Positions 24,843-34,844 of a stretch of DNA of 40,000 bases are shown in pieces (within the stretch, counting starts at the first letter, position 1; every line of letters starts with the position of its first letter). The stretch lies in contig NZ_JAUSTT010000001.1 in assembly GCF_030812995.1 (NCBI RefSeq), forward strand, positions 182,396 through 222,395, read 5' to 3'. Made by a program: the position numbers and the translations under genes. This DNA comes from Bacillus chungangensis. GTDB taxonomy: Bacteria; Bacillota; Bacilli; Bacillales; Bacillaceae_C. A model generated the notes under the pieces. That model worked only from the letters and a program-made list of their open reading frames with translations, had not been told where the DNA came from and ran no database searches.

Positions 24843-25845
24843 CCTCGTCTACCTCCCCGTCAATTTCTGCTAAATCTAACGTTCGTGATAATTTCAAAGA
24901 CATCGTATATACGTTATTCGCTTCAAACTTATGGGAATCGTTTGAAACGAAAAAAGCACCCGAAAGTCCCGTAACACTGTCGCGTACTACTATAGATTCG
25001 CCCGATTTTATACGGATGTCACCCAACGCACTTACGTCGAAATCCTGCTGCGTTTTGTTTAATTCCGCTAACAATTGCGTCGCTAACTGATTTAGCTTAT
25101 TAGCGTCCTTGACTTCGCCGTTATGTTCGTAATGCTGCATGATACCGTACTTTGCGATACCTGCATCGCTCTTCACAACCGCCGTTACCGCCGGTTTCTT
25201 CTCGTCACCACCGGTTAACTTTACTTGGGTACGGCGATCTTCGATTGATTCGGAAAAAGTCGCATTGGTTAAGTTTCGGCCACTTTCGATTACGATGCGA
25301 GTGTCCTTCGTTAATACTTCGATTAATTCGAGAGCACCTTCAGTGTTGCGCAACATAAAGCGTCGTCCGTTTTTCTTTCGTGTCTCCGTTAGCGCTAGGA
25401 CTACGATATCGTAGAGCGTTTTTCCTCGTTGGATAAAACGTTTGAAAACATAACCCGTGTCAGCAATCTTTCCCGTTTTTATGCCGTATTTGGAGCACAA
25501 TTCACTAAGGATTTGCGATGCTTTTTTATTCGTAAATTTTACCGTGTCACTATTTTTAGATAAGTAGACGTTAGAATCATAAGCTGTTAAGGATTGTTCT
25601 CCCTTTTCATTTATATCCGTTTGGAAAACGATACCTCGGAAAACCTCAGACTTTTCGTAAAGGACACGAATCTCCCCACCATTCTCAAAAGGGTACAGCT
25701 TCTTACGGCCATCTTGTGTATTATTTAAAGAGACATTACAAGTGCGCGCTTCTTTTGCTATATCGCCGGAAATATTTACCGATTTAACTAAACCATCTAA
25801 TGTATATATCTTCCCATTATGAAAATAAATTACACGCATAGTCAC
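24814..25845 (-). CDS. XkdQ/YqbQ-like baseplate hub (gpD-like) protein
   Basis: 343 aa. Start is GTG 25845 (GTGA overlap) or ATG 25839. Position is after the LysM protein, as in PBSX. Confidence 0.7.
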   Translation of the reverse strand: MTMRVIYFHNGKIYTLDGLVKSVNISGDIAKEARTCNVSLNNTQDGRKKLYPFENGGEIRVLYEKSEVFRGIVFQTDINEKGEQSLTAYDSNVYLSKNSDTVKFTNKKASQILSELCSKYGIKTGKIADTGYVFKRFIQRGKTLYDIVVLALTETRKKNGRRFMLRNTEGALELIEVLTKDTRIVIESGRNLTNATFSESIEDRRTQVKLTGGDEKKPAVTAVVKSDAGIAKYGIMQHYEHNGEVKDANKLNQLATQLLAELNKTQQDFDVSALGDIRIKSGESIVVRDSVTGLSGAFFVSNDSHKFEANNVYTMSLKLSRTLDLAEIDGEVDEDAEKPKRGR

Positions 25846-26504
25846 GGTATCACCAGCTTTTTATCAGGATAAATCAGATTCGGATTTGCTCCGATAACAT
25901 CCTTATTAGCTTCATAAATTTTTCGCCAATCGTTGGCGTTCCCATAGACTTCCTTAGCAATTTTTGATAAGTTATCGCCCTTTTTTATTGTGTACGATTT
26001 ATTAGCCGGTCCCGCCGAACCGTCGTTTACAACGGGCGGTCTTTGTTTTTCCGCTGGCTTCGTAGTTTCTTCGACTTTCGTTTTCAAGAAACGATATTCT
26101 TTAAGTGCAAGCGTATAATATATATCGCCAGCAGCGCCGGCGCGTTCGATCTCCCGCTCAAACTCTCGAATTGTGACAGCGTAGTTTATTTGTGTGCCGG
26201 TCACTAAAAAACGGATAGGGCGCCGCGTATCTCGCCAACGTTCGATAATTGCTACAAATTCATTTGGTGATAAAAAGCCGGAGTATTCGCAGTAGCTCGC
26301 ATTATATCGTGATGGAAAAAAGGAATGAAAAGAAAATTCAGCTAGACCCCGTTCACCGATTACTGTAAATTCGCCAAGCTGTGCGACTTCGATGTCGGTG
26401 TTACTAAACGGGGTTTTCATTTCCAGTGTCGGAGGATTGACGGGCAGCCGAATTTTCTCCGCACCATTATTGAACGAAAGCCAAAATTCAATTCGATTGT
26501 TCAT
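25842..26504 (-). CDS. XkdP-like tail protein with a C-terminal LysM domain
   Basis: 220 aa. The C-terminus YTIKKGDNLSKIAKEVYGNANDWRKIYEANKDVIGANPNLIYPDKKLVIP is a LysM motif. ATGA overlap with the tape-measure stop. Confidence 0.85.
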   Translation of the reverse strand: MNNRIEFWLSFNNGAEKIRLPVNPPTLEMKTPFSNTDIEVAQLGEFTVIGERGLAEFSFHSFFPSRYNASYCEYSGFLSPNEFVAIIERWRDTRRPIRFLVTGTQINYAVTIREFEREIERAGAAGDIYYTLALKEYRFLKTKVEETTKPAEKQRPPVVNDGSAGPANKSYTIKKGDNLSKIAKEVYGNANDWRKIYEANKDVIGANPNLIYPDKKLVIP

Positions 26505-28987
26505 GCCCCCAATTCCCCCGCTTCGTAAATTTTTCGTGCCAGTTGATTAGCAATACGGTCGATGTCCGCTTCTTCTCGGATTACTAATGTCTCTGCCAAT
26601 TTTTCGACAACCACATCACCTAATGATTTACCTCCACCAGTCGTTGCCGAACTACTTTGACCGTTTCCACCGTTAGACTTTGACGCTGTGCCACCTGCCG
26701 CCGAAACGGATGAATACATAACATTGTCGAATGCGTCCGCCTGTTTTCGATTCAGAATTCTTTCACCTTTATGCATTCGTGCGACGTAACCGTCGTAGGG
26801 CACTCGTTCCAAGCCGTGGTAGTGCGAACCGTTAACAGCCTTTTTACCTTTGCCGAACCCATCCGAGAAAGAACTTCCCGCCTTTTTACCCATATCGGTA
26901 AAGTTTGAAATGCCTGCCGACAGCTTATCGATCGCCCAACTGGCCGCGCCACTGATTGCCTTTTTAGCTCCGTTGAATCCTTCGGCGATTGCCTTTGGAA
27001 TAGCCGCGCCGAGTTCCTTAAACTTCGCCCATACAGCGCTAATTGCGCCGCCAACAGCGCCCGGAATTGCGGAGACAAACCCGCCAATTTTTTCCGGTAA
27101 CTGCGAAACCCACTCAACCGCATTGTCGTAAGCCTTCATAAACCATTCACCGAAGCTAGCCGCTATACTTGAAAGCCAAGACACGGCGCTATCCCACGTG
27201 TTGGATAAAAATTCACCGACCTTGCCCGGCAACTGACCGAGCCATTCGGCTGTGTTCGTATATGCTTGCGACATAAATTCAGCAAACTTGCCCGGAAATT
27301 GCGAAAGCCATTCGACCGCAACCCCGAACATAAAGCCGAGCCACTCCGCGACCTTGCTCGGAAGTTCCGAAAAGAACGTAACAACGTTTTCGATAGCGCT
27401 CGAAACTTTCTCTTTCATTGTTTCTTTTAATTTTCCGAACCACTCGACGGCTGACAAATACATACCGACAACTTTTTCGGTCGCCACCGTCTTCATTTCG
27501 CCCCATTTCGTCTTTAGCCATTCGCCCATTTTGCCGAATATTTCTTTCGTTTTACCCCATAGCTCTACGGCTTTGGCTTTAACCGTGTCCCAGTTACGAT
27601 ACAAAAGCACGCCTGCTGCGACAAGACCTGCGATGCCTGCGACTATCCATGTAATTGGACTCGCCCAAAAAGCCGCGTTTAGGCCGAGTTGAGCAATCGT
27701 CGCTGCCATCGTTGCCGTGCGCCAACCTTGCATTAACATTGTAACGGTCTTAATCATCTTTAGGCCAAGCATTGCGGTTTTAAACGTTCCCACTGCGACG
27801 GCTGCTGTAATTAAACCGTCTTTTATTTTCGGCCAAAGCTTTATGAAAGCGTCGAATTTAGCCGGCAATTTGCCCGCAAATTCCGTGGCCTTTTCTACGA
27901 GTCGTGTAAGCGCCGGTGCAATCTGTTCGTATATGTGCAATGCGACACCGGACATAGCCGACTTAAATAGTTCGAATTTGCCCGGTAAATTATCGAGCAT
28001 ATCGGCAGCCATCTTTTCAGCAGCACCATCCGCATTTTCAAGCTGTGTCGTCATGTTCGCTAGTTCGTCTGAGCCACGTTCGAGTAGTATTGCCCAATGT
28101 TTATAGGCTTGCGCGCCGAATAACGTAGTCAGGACGGAAGATCGCTGTTCTTGTGTCATCTTCGCTGTGGCTCGCTCGACTTGCCCGACTACTTCAGGCA
28201 AAGATTTCATGTTACCTTGTGCGTCGAAAAACTCGATTCCAAGCTTTTTCATAACCACGTTCATTTGTTTTGTCGGCTTTGCGAGTCGCGCCAACGAGGT
28301 AGCAAATGCTTGACCAGCCATCGAACCTTTCAAACCGGAATCACCGAACGTCATAAGTGCGGCCGAAGATTCCTCAAGACCCCAGCCGAGCGCATTCGCG
28401 ATTGGTGCTAGGTAGTTCATTGCGTCCCCCATTTGCTGTACGTTTGTATTTGCGTTTGCTTGTGCGTAGGCAAATACGTCAGCAACGTGAGTTGCTTTTT
28501 CTGCTGAAATACCGAAAGCTTGCATAGTGTCGGAGGTTATATCAGCCGCCTGACCGAGATCGAGCGCACCAGCCGCGGCGAGGTTTAACATACCAGGCAT
28601 TCCCGCAATGATTTCGTTAACTTTCCAACCTGCCAAAGCGAGGTATTCCATACCTTCACCGGCTTGAGTTGCTGTAAATACCGTGGTCTCCCCGAGATGT
28701 TTCGCCGTTGCTCGCATTTTCTCGAACTCTTCGTCGGTAGCTTGCGAAAATGCTTTTACACGGGACATCTGTCCGTCAAAGGCAGCGCCTATGCCGATGA
28801 TAGACTTGGCAACTGCGGCAGCGCCTAGAGTGACGCCAAACCCTGCGAGTACGCCCGAAAACTTTTCCGCAGCGCTTGTTGATTTTTTCGTTTGCTTTTC
28901 GAAACCACTTAGTCCCGCCGTCGCTCTTTTTAAGCCAGCAGTCATGCGATCACGCAATGTTAACTTCGCAACTAAATCAATCGCCAC
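26501..28987 (-). CDS. Tail tape measure protein
   Basis: 828 aa with a GTG start, helical and Ala/Gly-rich. Internal repeats of the EWL(S/G)Q(F/L)PGK(F/V).EF(M/L)S type. Follows the chaperone pair. Confidence 0.9.
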   Translation of the reverse strand: MAIDLVAKLTLRDRMTAGLKRATAGLSGFEKQTKKSTSAAEKFSGVLAGFGVTLGAAAVAKSIIGIGAAFDGQMSRVKAFSQATDEEFEKMRATAKHLGETTVFTATQAGEGMEYLALAGWKVNEIIAGMPGMLNLAAAGALDLGQAADITSDTMQAFGISAEKATHVADVFAYAQANANTNVQQMGDAMNYLAPIANALGWGLEESSAALMTFGDSGLKGSMAGQAFATSLARLAKPTKQMNVVMKKLGIEFFDAQGNMKSLPEVVGQVERATAKMTQEQRSSVLTTLFGAQAYKHWAILLERGSDELANMTTQLENADGAAEKMAADMLDNLPGKFELFKSAMSGVALHIYEQIAPALTRLVEKATEFAGKLPAKFDAFIKLWPKIKDGLITAAVAVGTFKTAMLGLKMIKTVTMLMQGWRTATMAATIAQLGLNAAFWASPITWIVAGIAGLVAAGVLLYRNWDTVKAKAVELWGKTKEIFGKMGEWLKTKWGEMKTVATEKVVGMYLSAVEWFGKLKETMKEKVSSAIENVVTFFSELPSKVAEWLGFMFGVAVEWLSQFPGKFAEFMSQAYTNTAEWLGQLPGKVGEFLSNTWDSAVSWLSSIAASFGEWFMKAYDNAVEWVSQLPEKIGGFVSAIPGAVGGAISAVWAKFKELGAAIPKAIAEGFNGAKKAISGAASWAIDKLSAGISNFTDMGKKAGSSFSDGFGKGKKAVNGSHYHGLERVPYDGYVARMHKGERILNRKQADAFDNVMYSSVSAAGGTASKSNGGNGQSSSATTGGGKSLGDVVVEKLAETLVIREEADIDRIANQLARKIYEAGELGA

Positions 28988-29592
28988 CTAAACGCCTCCT
29001 CTCCGCCTATTTCGTTTTGCTGCCCGCTCTTGTCGTTTGGCCTCCTCGGCCTCTTCTTCGATTACAATCATTTCGGAAGCGACCATAAATTGCCTATGTC
29101 GAAAATGTTTCGAGTAAAATTCGTCGGGCGTTACGCCGTGCAATTGAAAAAGGCGATGCAGGATGTATGCTTTCCCGCCCGCCTTTATGAGTTTTTTACG
29201 TCTTCGATCTCGTCTTCGTCTTCGTCCGCAGTAAATCCGGATAGTTCCAAAATGGCTTGGTGTAGCTCGAAAATCTCACCGGCAAGTAGCGCTTTTTTTA
29301 CGCATTCGCCCGCCGTGGGCGCTCCAAATTTTTCAAGCACTCGTGGGTCGGCAAAGTCGGGGTCGGCACAACCCGCCGCGATCGTTAGATAGCCGAGCTT
29401 ATCGCCATCGACGACCTTTTGTTTCTTCTTGCCGCGCCCTTCAAAGTCCGAAGCTTCTTCCCGAATCTTATTCAAGGTATCACCGTCAATCGCTTTGATG
29501 GTGAAGTAAGTGTCTAAACGTTTTACGAAGTATTTTTCCTCTACGTTTACGTCCGAATTTAGTAACGCATCGATTGCGCTTAATTCCGCCAT
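28988..29592 (-). CDS. Tail assembly chaperone, long form via programmed -1 frameshift (XkdN-like plus extension)
   Basis: The zero-frame product is 29185..29592 (135 aa, acidic tail). The slippery heptamer A_AAA_AAC at 29191-29197 sits 2 codons before the stop. The -1 frame stays open for about 65 codons to TAG at 28988-28990, directly abutting the tape-measure GTG. Confidence 0.7.
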
Positions 29593-29613
29593 GCTATCGT
29601 CTCCTTATCGTTT

Positions 29614-30036
29614 TTATAGGTATTCGACTCCGCCAAATGTAAAGTTGTATTCCTCCTCAACTATAGAATTAGCTTCAGCATTTATAATAGGGGCTGCCTC
29701 AAACTGTACTTCTTTTAGCCGTATGAATGCTTTCGATTGCGGCGACTCTGGATCGTTGACTTCTATAAGTAGTTCCGTGATATAGGGCGAACTTTTATCG
29801 TCTCCCACAACGGAAATTAGTTTCGCAAAATCATGAGTCATCTTAAAGCCAGACATAGAACCTTCCCCGGATACGCCCATAGCCTTCTTACCGACCCACC
29901 TAGTGCCAGATCGTGCTATATCCTCGTAGTCAACGTTCATTGTTGCTTCGAGTGAGTTGACAAACGTTAACCATCGTCCTTCATGATAAACTTTACAGAA
30001 AGCCCCGTTAATTACCGTCTCTGCCTTTAAAACCAT
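29614..30036 (-). CDS. Tail tube protein (XkdM-like)
   Basis: 140 aa, GGAGGTG RBS, immediately after the sheath gene. Confidence 0.85.
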   Translation of the reverse strand: MVLKAETVINGAFCKVYHEGRWLTFVNSLEATMNVDYEDIARSGTRWVGKKAMGVSGEGSMSGFKMTHDFAKLISVVGDDKSSPYITELLIEVNDPESPQSKAFIRLKEVQFEAAPIINAEANSIVEEEYNFTFGGVEYL

Positions 30037-30059
30037 CCGTTAACACCTCCAATTTATCG

Positions 30060-31148
30060 TTATTCTTTTGCGTCAATCGTTACAAAGAATCGTTCCGCTG
30101 AATCTACTTCGATGTAGGAAATTAAAAGAAATACCGCATCGCCCTTTGAGGGTCGTTCAGGGTCAAGCTGTACGGTTGGTTCTGCGAGAACATTCTCGGT
30201 TTCCAGCATTTCTAAATACGCCTTAACCGCGCTTATTAACGACGCTTGACCCGCTTCGTTATTGTCAATCTTTCCGATGTAGTGATCACAAGCAGTTGCG
30301 GTAATGTCCGTTTGAATCGCCTGCCGAGCGCGCATGATGCGAATTTTCCCTCGTTTACCTGCGTCTGATTGCGTCACGATTCCTTGCATAACCTTCACTT
30401 TTCGCCCGTCGTGAAAAAGAACGAGCGAACCGCTAGTGAGCGCTTTGTTGACTTCACTATTTTTTAAGCGTCTAGTAACGTCTACGACCGGAATATCCCG
30501 ATACGTAATCGCTTGGTTAATCGGAGTGCCTGCAATTAAACCCGCGATGTACGGCGCAAATTGCCCGGAACTCAATTCTGTGCCGGAGCCGCTAATTACT
30601 CCCGAAATTAGATTTACTGCATAGTCGTCAGCCAATCGAATTGAGCGAGCATTTCCGACCTCGGGGTCTTGGTCCTCTGTGAGTGTGCCACCATATACGA
30701 CCATGAAGTGCTTACCCTCTTTGCGGTTTCGTTTGCACCACGCTAACGATGCGTCTTGCTCCGTTGCTTCTACAGCATCGGGGTACACAAACACGTTAAA
30801 ATGCTGTGCTTCGTACTTATCCCGTACACTGAAAAACGCTTCTTCTTTGTCGCTCGACTCTAGATCGTCTATTTGTGACATAGCATATACAAGGACTTCT
30901 TTCGCTCCGCCTTGCAATACCCGAATAACTGGCCTAGCGTAATCCATGCCGAAAAGTTCGATCGCCTCGGCTTCCCGTTCGATCGTATAAAATTTTCCAA
31001 TGTCAGCCGTACCTTCGTGTTCGAACAAAGGCATAGCCACGATTCCGCGCGCACCGCCCGAAATTTGCGCTAAGGCTGCGTCTCGAAATCGTATATACAT
31101 TCCGGGCTGAATCGGTAAGGACGTCGGGTCCCAAGTTCCACCTGCCAT
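30060..31148 (-). CDS. Contractile tail sheath protein (XkdK-like)
   Basis: 362 aa. N-terminus MAGGTWDPTSLPIQPGMYIRF is typical of sheath proteins. Followed by the tube gene. Confidence 0.85.
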   Translation of the reverse strand: MAGGTWDPTSLPIQPGMYIRFRDAALAQISGGARGIVAMPLFEHEGTADIGKFYTIEREAEAIELFGMDYARPVIRVLQGGAKEVLVYAMSQIDDLESSDKEEAFFSVRDKYEAQHFNVFVYPDAVEATEQDASLAWCKRNRKEGKHFMVVYGGTLTEDQDPEVGNARSIRLADDYAVNLISGVISGSGTELSSGQFAPYIAGLIAGTPINQAITYRDIPVVDVTRRLKNSEVNKALTSGSLVLFHDGRKVKVMQGIVTQSDAGKRGKIRIMRARQAIQTDITATACDHYIGKIDNNEAGQASLISAVKAYLEMLETENVLAEPTVQLDPERPSKGDAVFLLISYIEVDSAERFFVTIDAKE

Positions 31149-31622
31149 CTATTTCCGCCTCCCACATTCTGTTTTCGTTTTATCGCCATTTGTTTCAACT
31201 TCAACAACGCCAATTTTTTCGTATTTTTCTTGTGGTCTTGCCTGTCGAAGCTCTACCTGCAAAGTTGCAAGCATACAAAAAGCGCCACCCTCCGTTTTAA
31301 ACGGCTGTGACGCACCAAAACTTTTAGGAATAACTCGATAATCTGTCGTTTTAAATTGCAGCGTGTTTCCGAATACTTCCTCGATAAGTTCGAATTTACG
31401 CAAGCAATCTACTTCGCTTTGTCCGTAATATAACAACCGAAAAGTTCGATCAATTCGATAATGATACGCCGTTTCTGTCGTATTGCTGCTTTCCACGTAT
31501 TGGATAACCGCAAGTCCAAGCGTTGGCTTTTCCGGCAAATGCTGATATTTAATAGTAGCGTCCGGTAAGGTTCCTGAAATAATCGCCCCGATCGCTTCTA
31601 TTTCGTCGGTTATTTTCGCCAT
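31149..31622 (-). CDS. Hypothetical tail-completion/terminator-position protein
   Basis: 157 aa, called by position only, between the HK97 gp10-like gene and the sheath gene. Confidence 0.5.
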   Translation of the reverse strand: MAKITDEIEAIGAIISGTLPDATIKYQHLPEKPTLGLAVIQYVESSNTTETAYHYRIDRTFRLLYYGQSEVDCLRKFELIEEVFGNTLQFKTTDYRVIPKSFGASQPFKTEGGAFCMLATLQVELRQARPQEKYEKIGVVEVETNGDKTKTECGRRK

Positions 31623-32027
31623 CTACCAGCCGCTCCTTTTAAGCGCAGCTTTTATATCGGACTCAAGCCACTGCTGCCACGCCGTTTCCCGCTTATCTGC
31701 GGATACGTCAAGGAATTTCTTTTCAGTGCCCGCGTGACGAAGCGACTTACCACCGGCATCTAGTTCGTGAATATAATACGCATAATTAAAACGACCGCCG
31801 GAATCAGTCGTAGCATTCGCCGTTACCACAACTTCGGCTGTATCTGATTCCCCTGTTATCTGATCACGTAAGTTACGTTTATCCATCGGTGCAACATCGC
31901 GAGCTTCACGAATCCAGTCGTCTTTAATGTCACCTAATGCTTGCGTTGCACCCCGTTTTACTGCTCGGGGCGAAGTCCGAATGGCTCGTTTAAATTTTTT
32001 TAAATCGAGATGAAACTCTTTCGCCAC
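31623..32027 (-). CDS. HK97 gp10-family head-tail joining protein
   Basis: 134 aa. The N-terminal style (KKFKRAIRTSPRAVKRGATQALGDIKDDW) and the position fit the family. Confidence 0.65.
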   Translation of the reverse strand: MAKEFHLDLKKFKRAIRTSPRAVKRGATQALGDIKDDWIREARDVAPMDKRNLRDQITGESDTAEVVVTANATTDSGGRFNYAYYIHELDAGGKSLRHAGTEKKFLDVSADKRETAWQQWLESDIKAALKRSGW

Positions 32028-32041
32028 CTTACCGCCCTCCT

Positions 32042-32356
32042 TTATACATAAACGATTGTCAGCGTCGGCTTTCCACTAAGCATTCGGACCGGCTCGATCT
32101 TAATAGGCCTAGCTTTCGTTGTAATTCCTCGTTCATCTGTGTATTCGAATGCGTCGTCATAACGAACGTCGGGGAATTTATCGAACCACATTTCCGCACC
32201 GCTGACGACCTCTTCGCCCGCTACGTTTTTTACTATTTGCGTTCGTTCGTCAATACGGCACTTCATTTCGTTAGATGTCGTTTTTTCTTCGCCCCACTTA
32301 TTCTTTTCGACAACTCGATGCACTGTCACGATTTGCTTTAATGGGACTATAGCCAT
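32042..32356 (-). CDS. Head closure protein (by position)
   Basis: 104 aa, between the connector-like and gp10-like genes. Confidence 0.5.
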   Translation of the reverse strand: MAIVPLKQIVTVHRVVEKNKWGEEKTTSNEMKCRIDERTQIVKNVAGEEVVSGAEMWFDKFPDVRYDDAFEYTDERGITTKARPIKIEPVRMLSGKPTLTIVYV

Positions 32357-32731
32357 TTACAGCACCGTCCATTTCGCAATTCGGCCTTTAGGCGCACCTA
32401 TCATTTCGTATACTTCCTCGGGGATAAGATCGTCCAGCCCCTTCTTAGCCCAATCCTTAAACGTAAACGCGATTCCTCGCACTGAAAACGACGCAACGCC
32501 TTGCTGCTGGTATTTGTTCGTATCGTTATACGCTGCTCCGAGCACCGCAGCGAAAATGTACACGGCTTGTGTCGGTATAATGTATCCGTCAAATTTTCGG
32601 TTGAGCGTTCGGTACGCTACGTTAAGCAGCGCGTATTTTCGCTCGTCTTCAGCTTCGAGAAAATCTTCGTTATCGAGCGTGTTCATTTGAATGTAGTCCG
32701 TTGCATCGTCGAGATACCATTCGATTGACAT
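32357..32731 (-). CDS. Head-tail connector/adaptor protein (gp6/YqbG-like by position)
   Basis: 124-aa helical protein, the second gene downstream of the major capsid gene (after the 82-aa ORF). Confidence 0.5.
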   Translation of the reverse strand: MSIEWYLDDATDYIQMNTLDNEDFLEAEDERKYALLNVAYRTLNRKFDGYIIPTQAVYIFAAVLGAAYNDTNKYQQQGVASFSVRGIAFTFKDWAKKGLDDLIPEEVYEMIGAPKGRIAKWTVL

Positions 32732-32747
32732 AAACCCACCCCCGCTT

Positions 32748-32996
32748 CTATTTTTTGGCGGAGGCTTTCGGTTTAGGTTTAGGTTTCGTTGCCTTTGGCT
32801 TCTCCGCTGGCTCTGATTTTTCTTCGGTTTTTAGCTTCTCCGCCTTTTCTAAGCACGTTAAATAGCGAGGACAAAGCTCCATTAACGCCCTGATCTCGCC
32901 ATCGTCTTCTGTTTCATATATGCCGTCCAATCCGAACGTTAAGCTTTTGTCACCATAACGGACCGAGTAAAACGGCGTCGCTTTAAACTTCGCCAA
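32748..32996 (-). CDS. Small hypothetical protein with a Lys/Pro-rich tail
   Basis: 82 aa. C-terminus KPKATKPKPKPKASAKK. Lies directly after the capsid gene. Confidence 0.5.
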   Translation of the reverse strand: MAKFKATPFYSVRYGDKSLTFGLDGIYETEDDGEIRALMELCPRYLTCLEKAEKLKTEEKSEPAEKPKATKPKPKPKASAKK

Positions 32997-33010
32997 TCAC
33001 TACACCCCCG

Positions 33011-34141
33011 TTATTTTACTTTTTTACTTACGTTCTCAAGCACAGCGATTTTTTCTTTAGCATTCATAATTTTTATGCCATATTCTCCGCGAATTTGGCG
33101 AGCGACAAAGTCGGCACCGTTCGGAGTTGCATCTAAGTCATGTAGTGCACGATTTTGCAACGGATGGAAAGATAAAATTGATCGGTCGAATAGGATGATT
33201 TTATCTTTCGGCATATTTTTATCTACAACGACTGTTACCACGTCACCACCAACGATATCAGACACGAATGTAGCTACGTAGTTTCCGCGTGCTGTGTCTT
33301 GCCTTTCGATCGTGATTTTATCGTTTAGTAGTTTAGATAATTGACGAGAACCCGGCGTATTGGTAAGAATAGTGTTTACACTGCCGCCACGTTGAAACAC
33401 TTTTTCAAGCGCTTCGTTGATTACCTTCGCTGAAAGCTCTCCCCCGCTAAGGTTCTCCTTCACGGAATTTTTAATCTGTGCGAAGTGCAATAGACCTCCT
33501 GTCATACGTGGCTGCCCTACACTTCCCGCATTTCTACGTCCATAGATCAATTGATCGTTAAATTCGCGCGCAAGCTCTTTTAGACGCAGTTGGACTTGAT
33601 AATTTAATTCGTCTGAGACGTTGTGTGTTCGCACTGCCTGTTGTGTTTTCGATACAGCCGCATATCTTTCGAAAATTTGCGTGTAATTAAAGTCAACATA
33701 ACGGTCGTGTGACTCGTCCTGTCCCGGCATAGCCGCTTCTAGCTGTGGTCTTGCGACAATCCGAATTTCGGAGTCTTCCGTATCTTTCGCGTGTGCCGTT
33801 TTTGCAGTATCGTCAAACCCTCGAATGACTGTAATTTTGTCCTCATTTACAGAAACGACTTTCATGTATTCGTCTTCGATTACAATTACTGCATTCACTC
33901 GGAATTTCTCGCCATCACCTGCTACAACATCGATTTCGGTTTGCGAGTCGTCAATGTCTCCGGCAAGATTCGCCCGATTTGAATTTAGGTGATCGGACAT
34001 CCATTCGTATTTTGTTTGAAAAAGCGTTTCGCCGCTTAGTCCGATCGTGCTAAGTAAAGTCGGTTCATCCTCAATAATTAGGGAAATTCCTGCTTCGAGC
34101 TGTCGTACCTGATCTTGAAAATCATAAGATTGCATAACCAT
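33011..34141 (-). CDS. Major capsid protein (HK97-fold type with an N-terminal insertion domain)
   Basis: 376 aa, strong RBS, position after the scaffold gene. Confidence 0.8.
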   Translation of the reverse strand: MVMQSYDFQDQVRQLEAGISLIIEDEPTLLSTIGLSGETLFQTKYEWMSDHLNSNRANLAGDIDDSQTEIDVVAGDGEKFRVNAVIVIEDEYMKVVSVNEDKITVIRGFDDTAKTAHAKDTEDSEIRIVARPQLEAAMPGQDESHDRYVDFNYTQIFERYAAVSKTQQAVRTHNVSDELNYQVQLRLKELAREFNDQLIYGRRNAGSVGQPRMTGGLLHFAQIKNSVKENLSGGELSAKVINEALEKVFQRGGSVNTILTNTPGSRQLSKLLNDKITIERQDTARGNYVATFVSDIVGGDVVTVVVDKNMPKDKIILFDRSILSFHPLQNRALHDLDATPNGADFVARQIRGEYGIKIMNAKEKIAVLENVSKKVK

Positions 34142-34162
34142 TTACATCCGTCTCCTTTTTAA

Positions 34163-34795
34163 CTATTGTTCTAGTAATTTATTCGATAACTCTACGACCT
34201 TGGCAAAATCCTTGTTCTGTCTCGCTTCAGCTAATTGTGCTTCTAATGTTTTGGTATCCTTAGTTTTACCACCGTTCGTACTCACGCCTATTGGCTCTTT
34301 CGGTTGTGTTGCCGATTCAGTCAAGGCTAAGAAAGGATATTGTTCGACCAAGCCACCGAGAATATTGTCTAGCCCATCGATTTTGTTATCTTCCGTAATT
34401 GTAGCCGCTGTGATATCGGCTAGTTTTAGTGCAGCACCTAACCGTTCCGTTGGAATATTGTAGTTTGGCGCTTCTTTGATAAATTCGTTGATGACTTGTT
34501 GTCGTTGTGCTTTTGAAGATAGTTCCTCGATCTTCTTCGTTAGTGTTTGCTCAACGTTTGATTTTTCGGCAAGTTGTTTTTGTAGTCGCTCTATTTCTGT
34601 CAATTCAGCGTCTTTTCGCTCCTGTTCAGCCGCTTCAAATCCGGACAGTTTTGCTTTTAAATCATCGTAATCAGCATACTTTTTCTCTACACGAGCGAGG
34701 CTTTTCGTAATAATTTCGTTAACTTGCTCCTCCGTAAACGTCTTTTCTTCTGTCGTTACTTCTTCCTTCTGTTGCTGTTGTTGTTCTTCTGACAT
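34163..34795 (-). CDS. Capsid scaffolding protein (GP20-like)
   Basis: 210 aa, highly charged coiled coil (MSEEQQQQQKEE...). Position between the head-morphogenesis and capsid genes. Confidence 0.8.
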   Translation of the reverse strand: MSEEQQQQQKEEVTTEEKTFTEEQVNEIITKSLARVEKKYADYDDLKAKLSGFEAAEQERKDAELTEIERLQKQLAEKSNVEQTLTKKIEELSSKAQRQQVINEFIKEAPNYNIPTERLGAALKLADITAATITEDNKIDGLDNILGGLVEQYPFLALTESATQPKEPIGVSTNGGKTKDTKTLEAQLAEARQNKDFAKVVELSNKLLEQ

Positions 34796-34844
34796 TCGTA
34801 TACCTCCCCGTTTTAAGGCCGTCGCCTATAAGTGGCCGAAAGTT

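Noticed and set aside
26752-28411. Multiple ORFs on both strands nested in the tape-measure gene (for example 26752..27123, 27163..27384, 27279..27521, 27252..27692, 27717..28106)
   Set aside because: They are alternative-frame or antisense artefacts of a long, compositionally biased gene, and none has an RBS.
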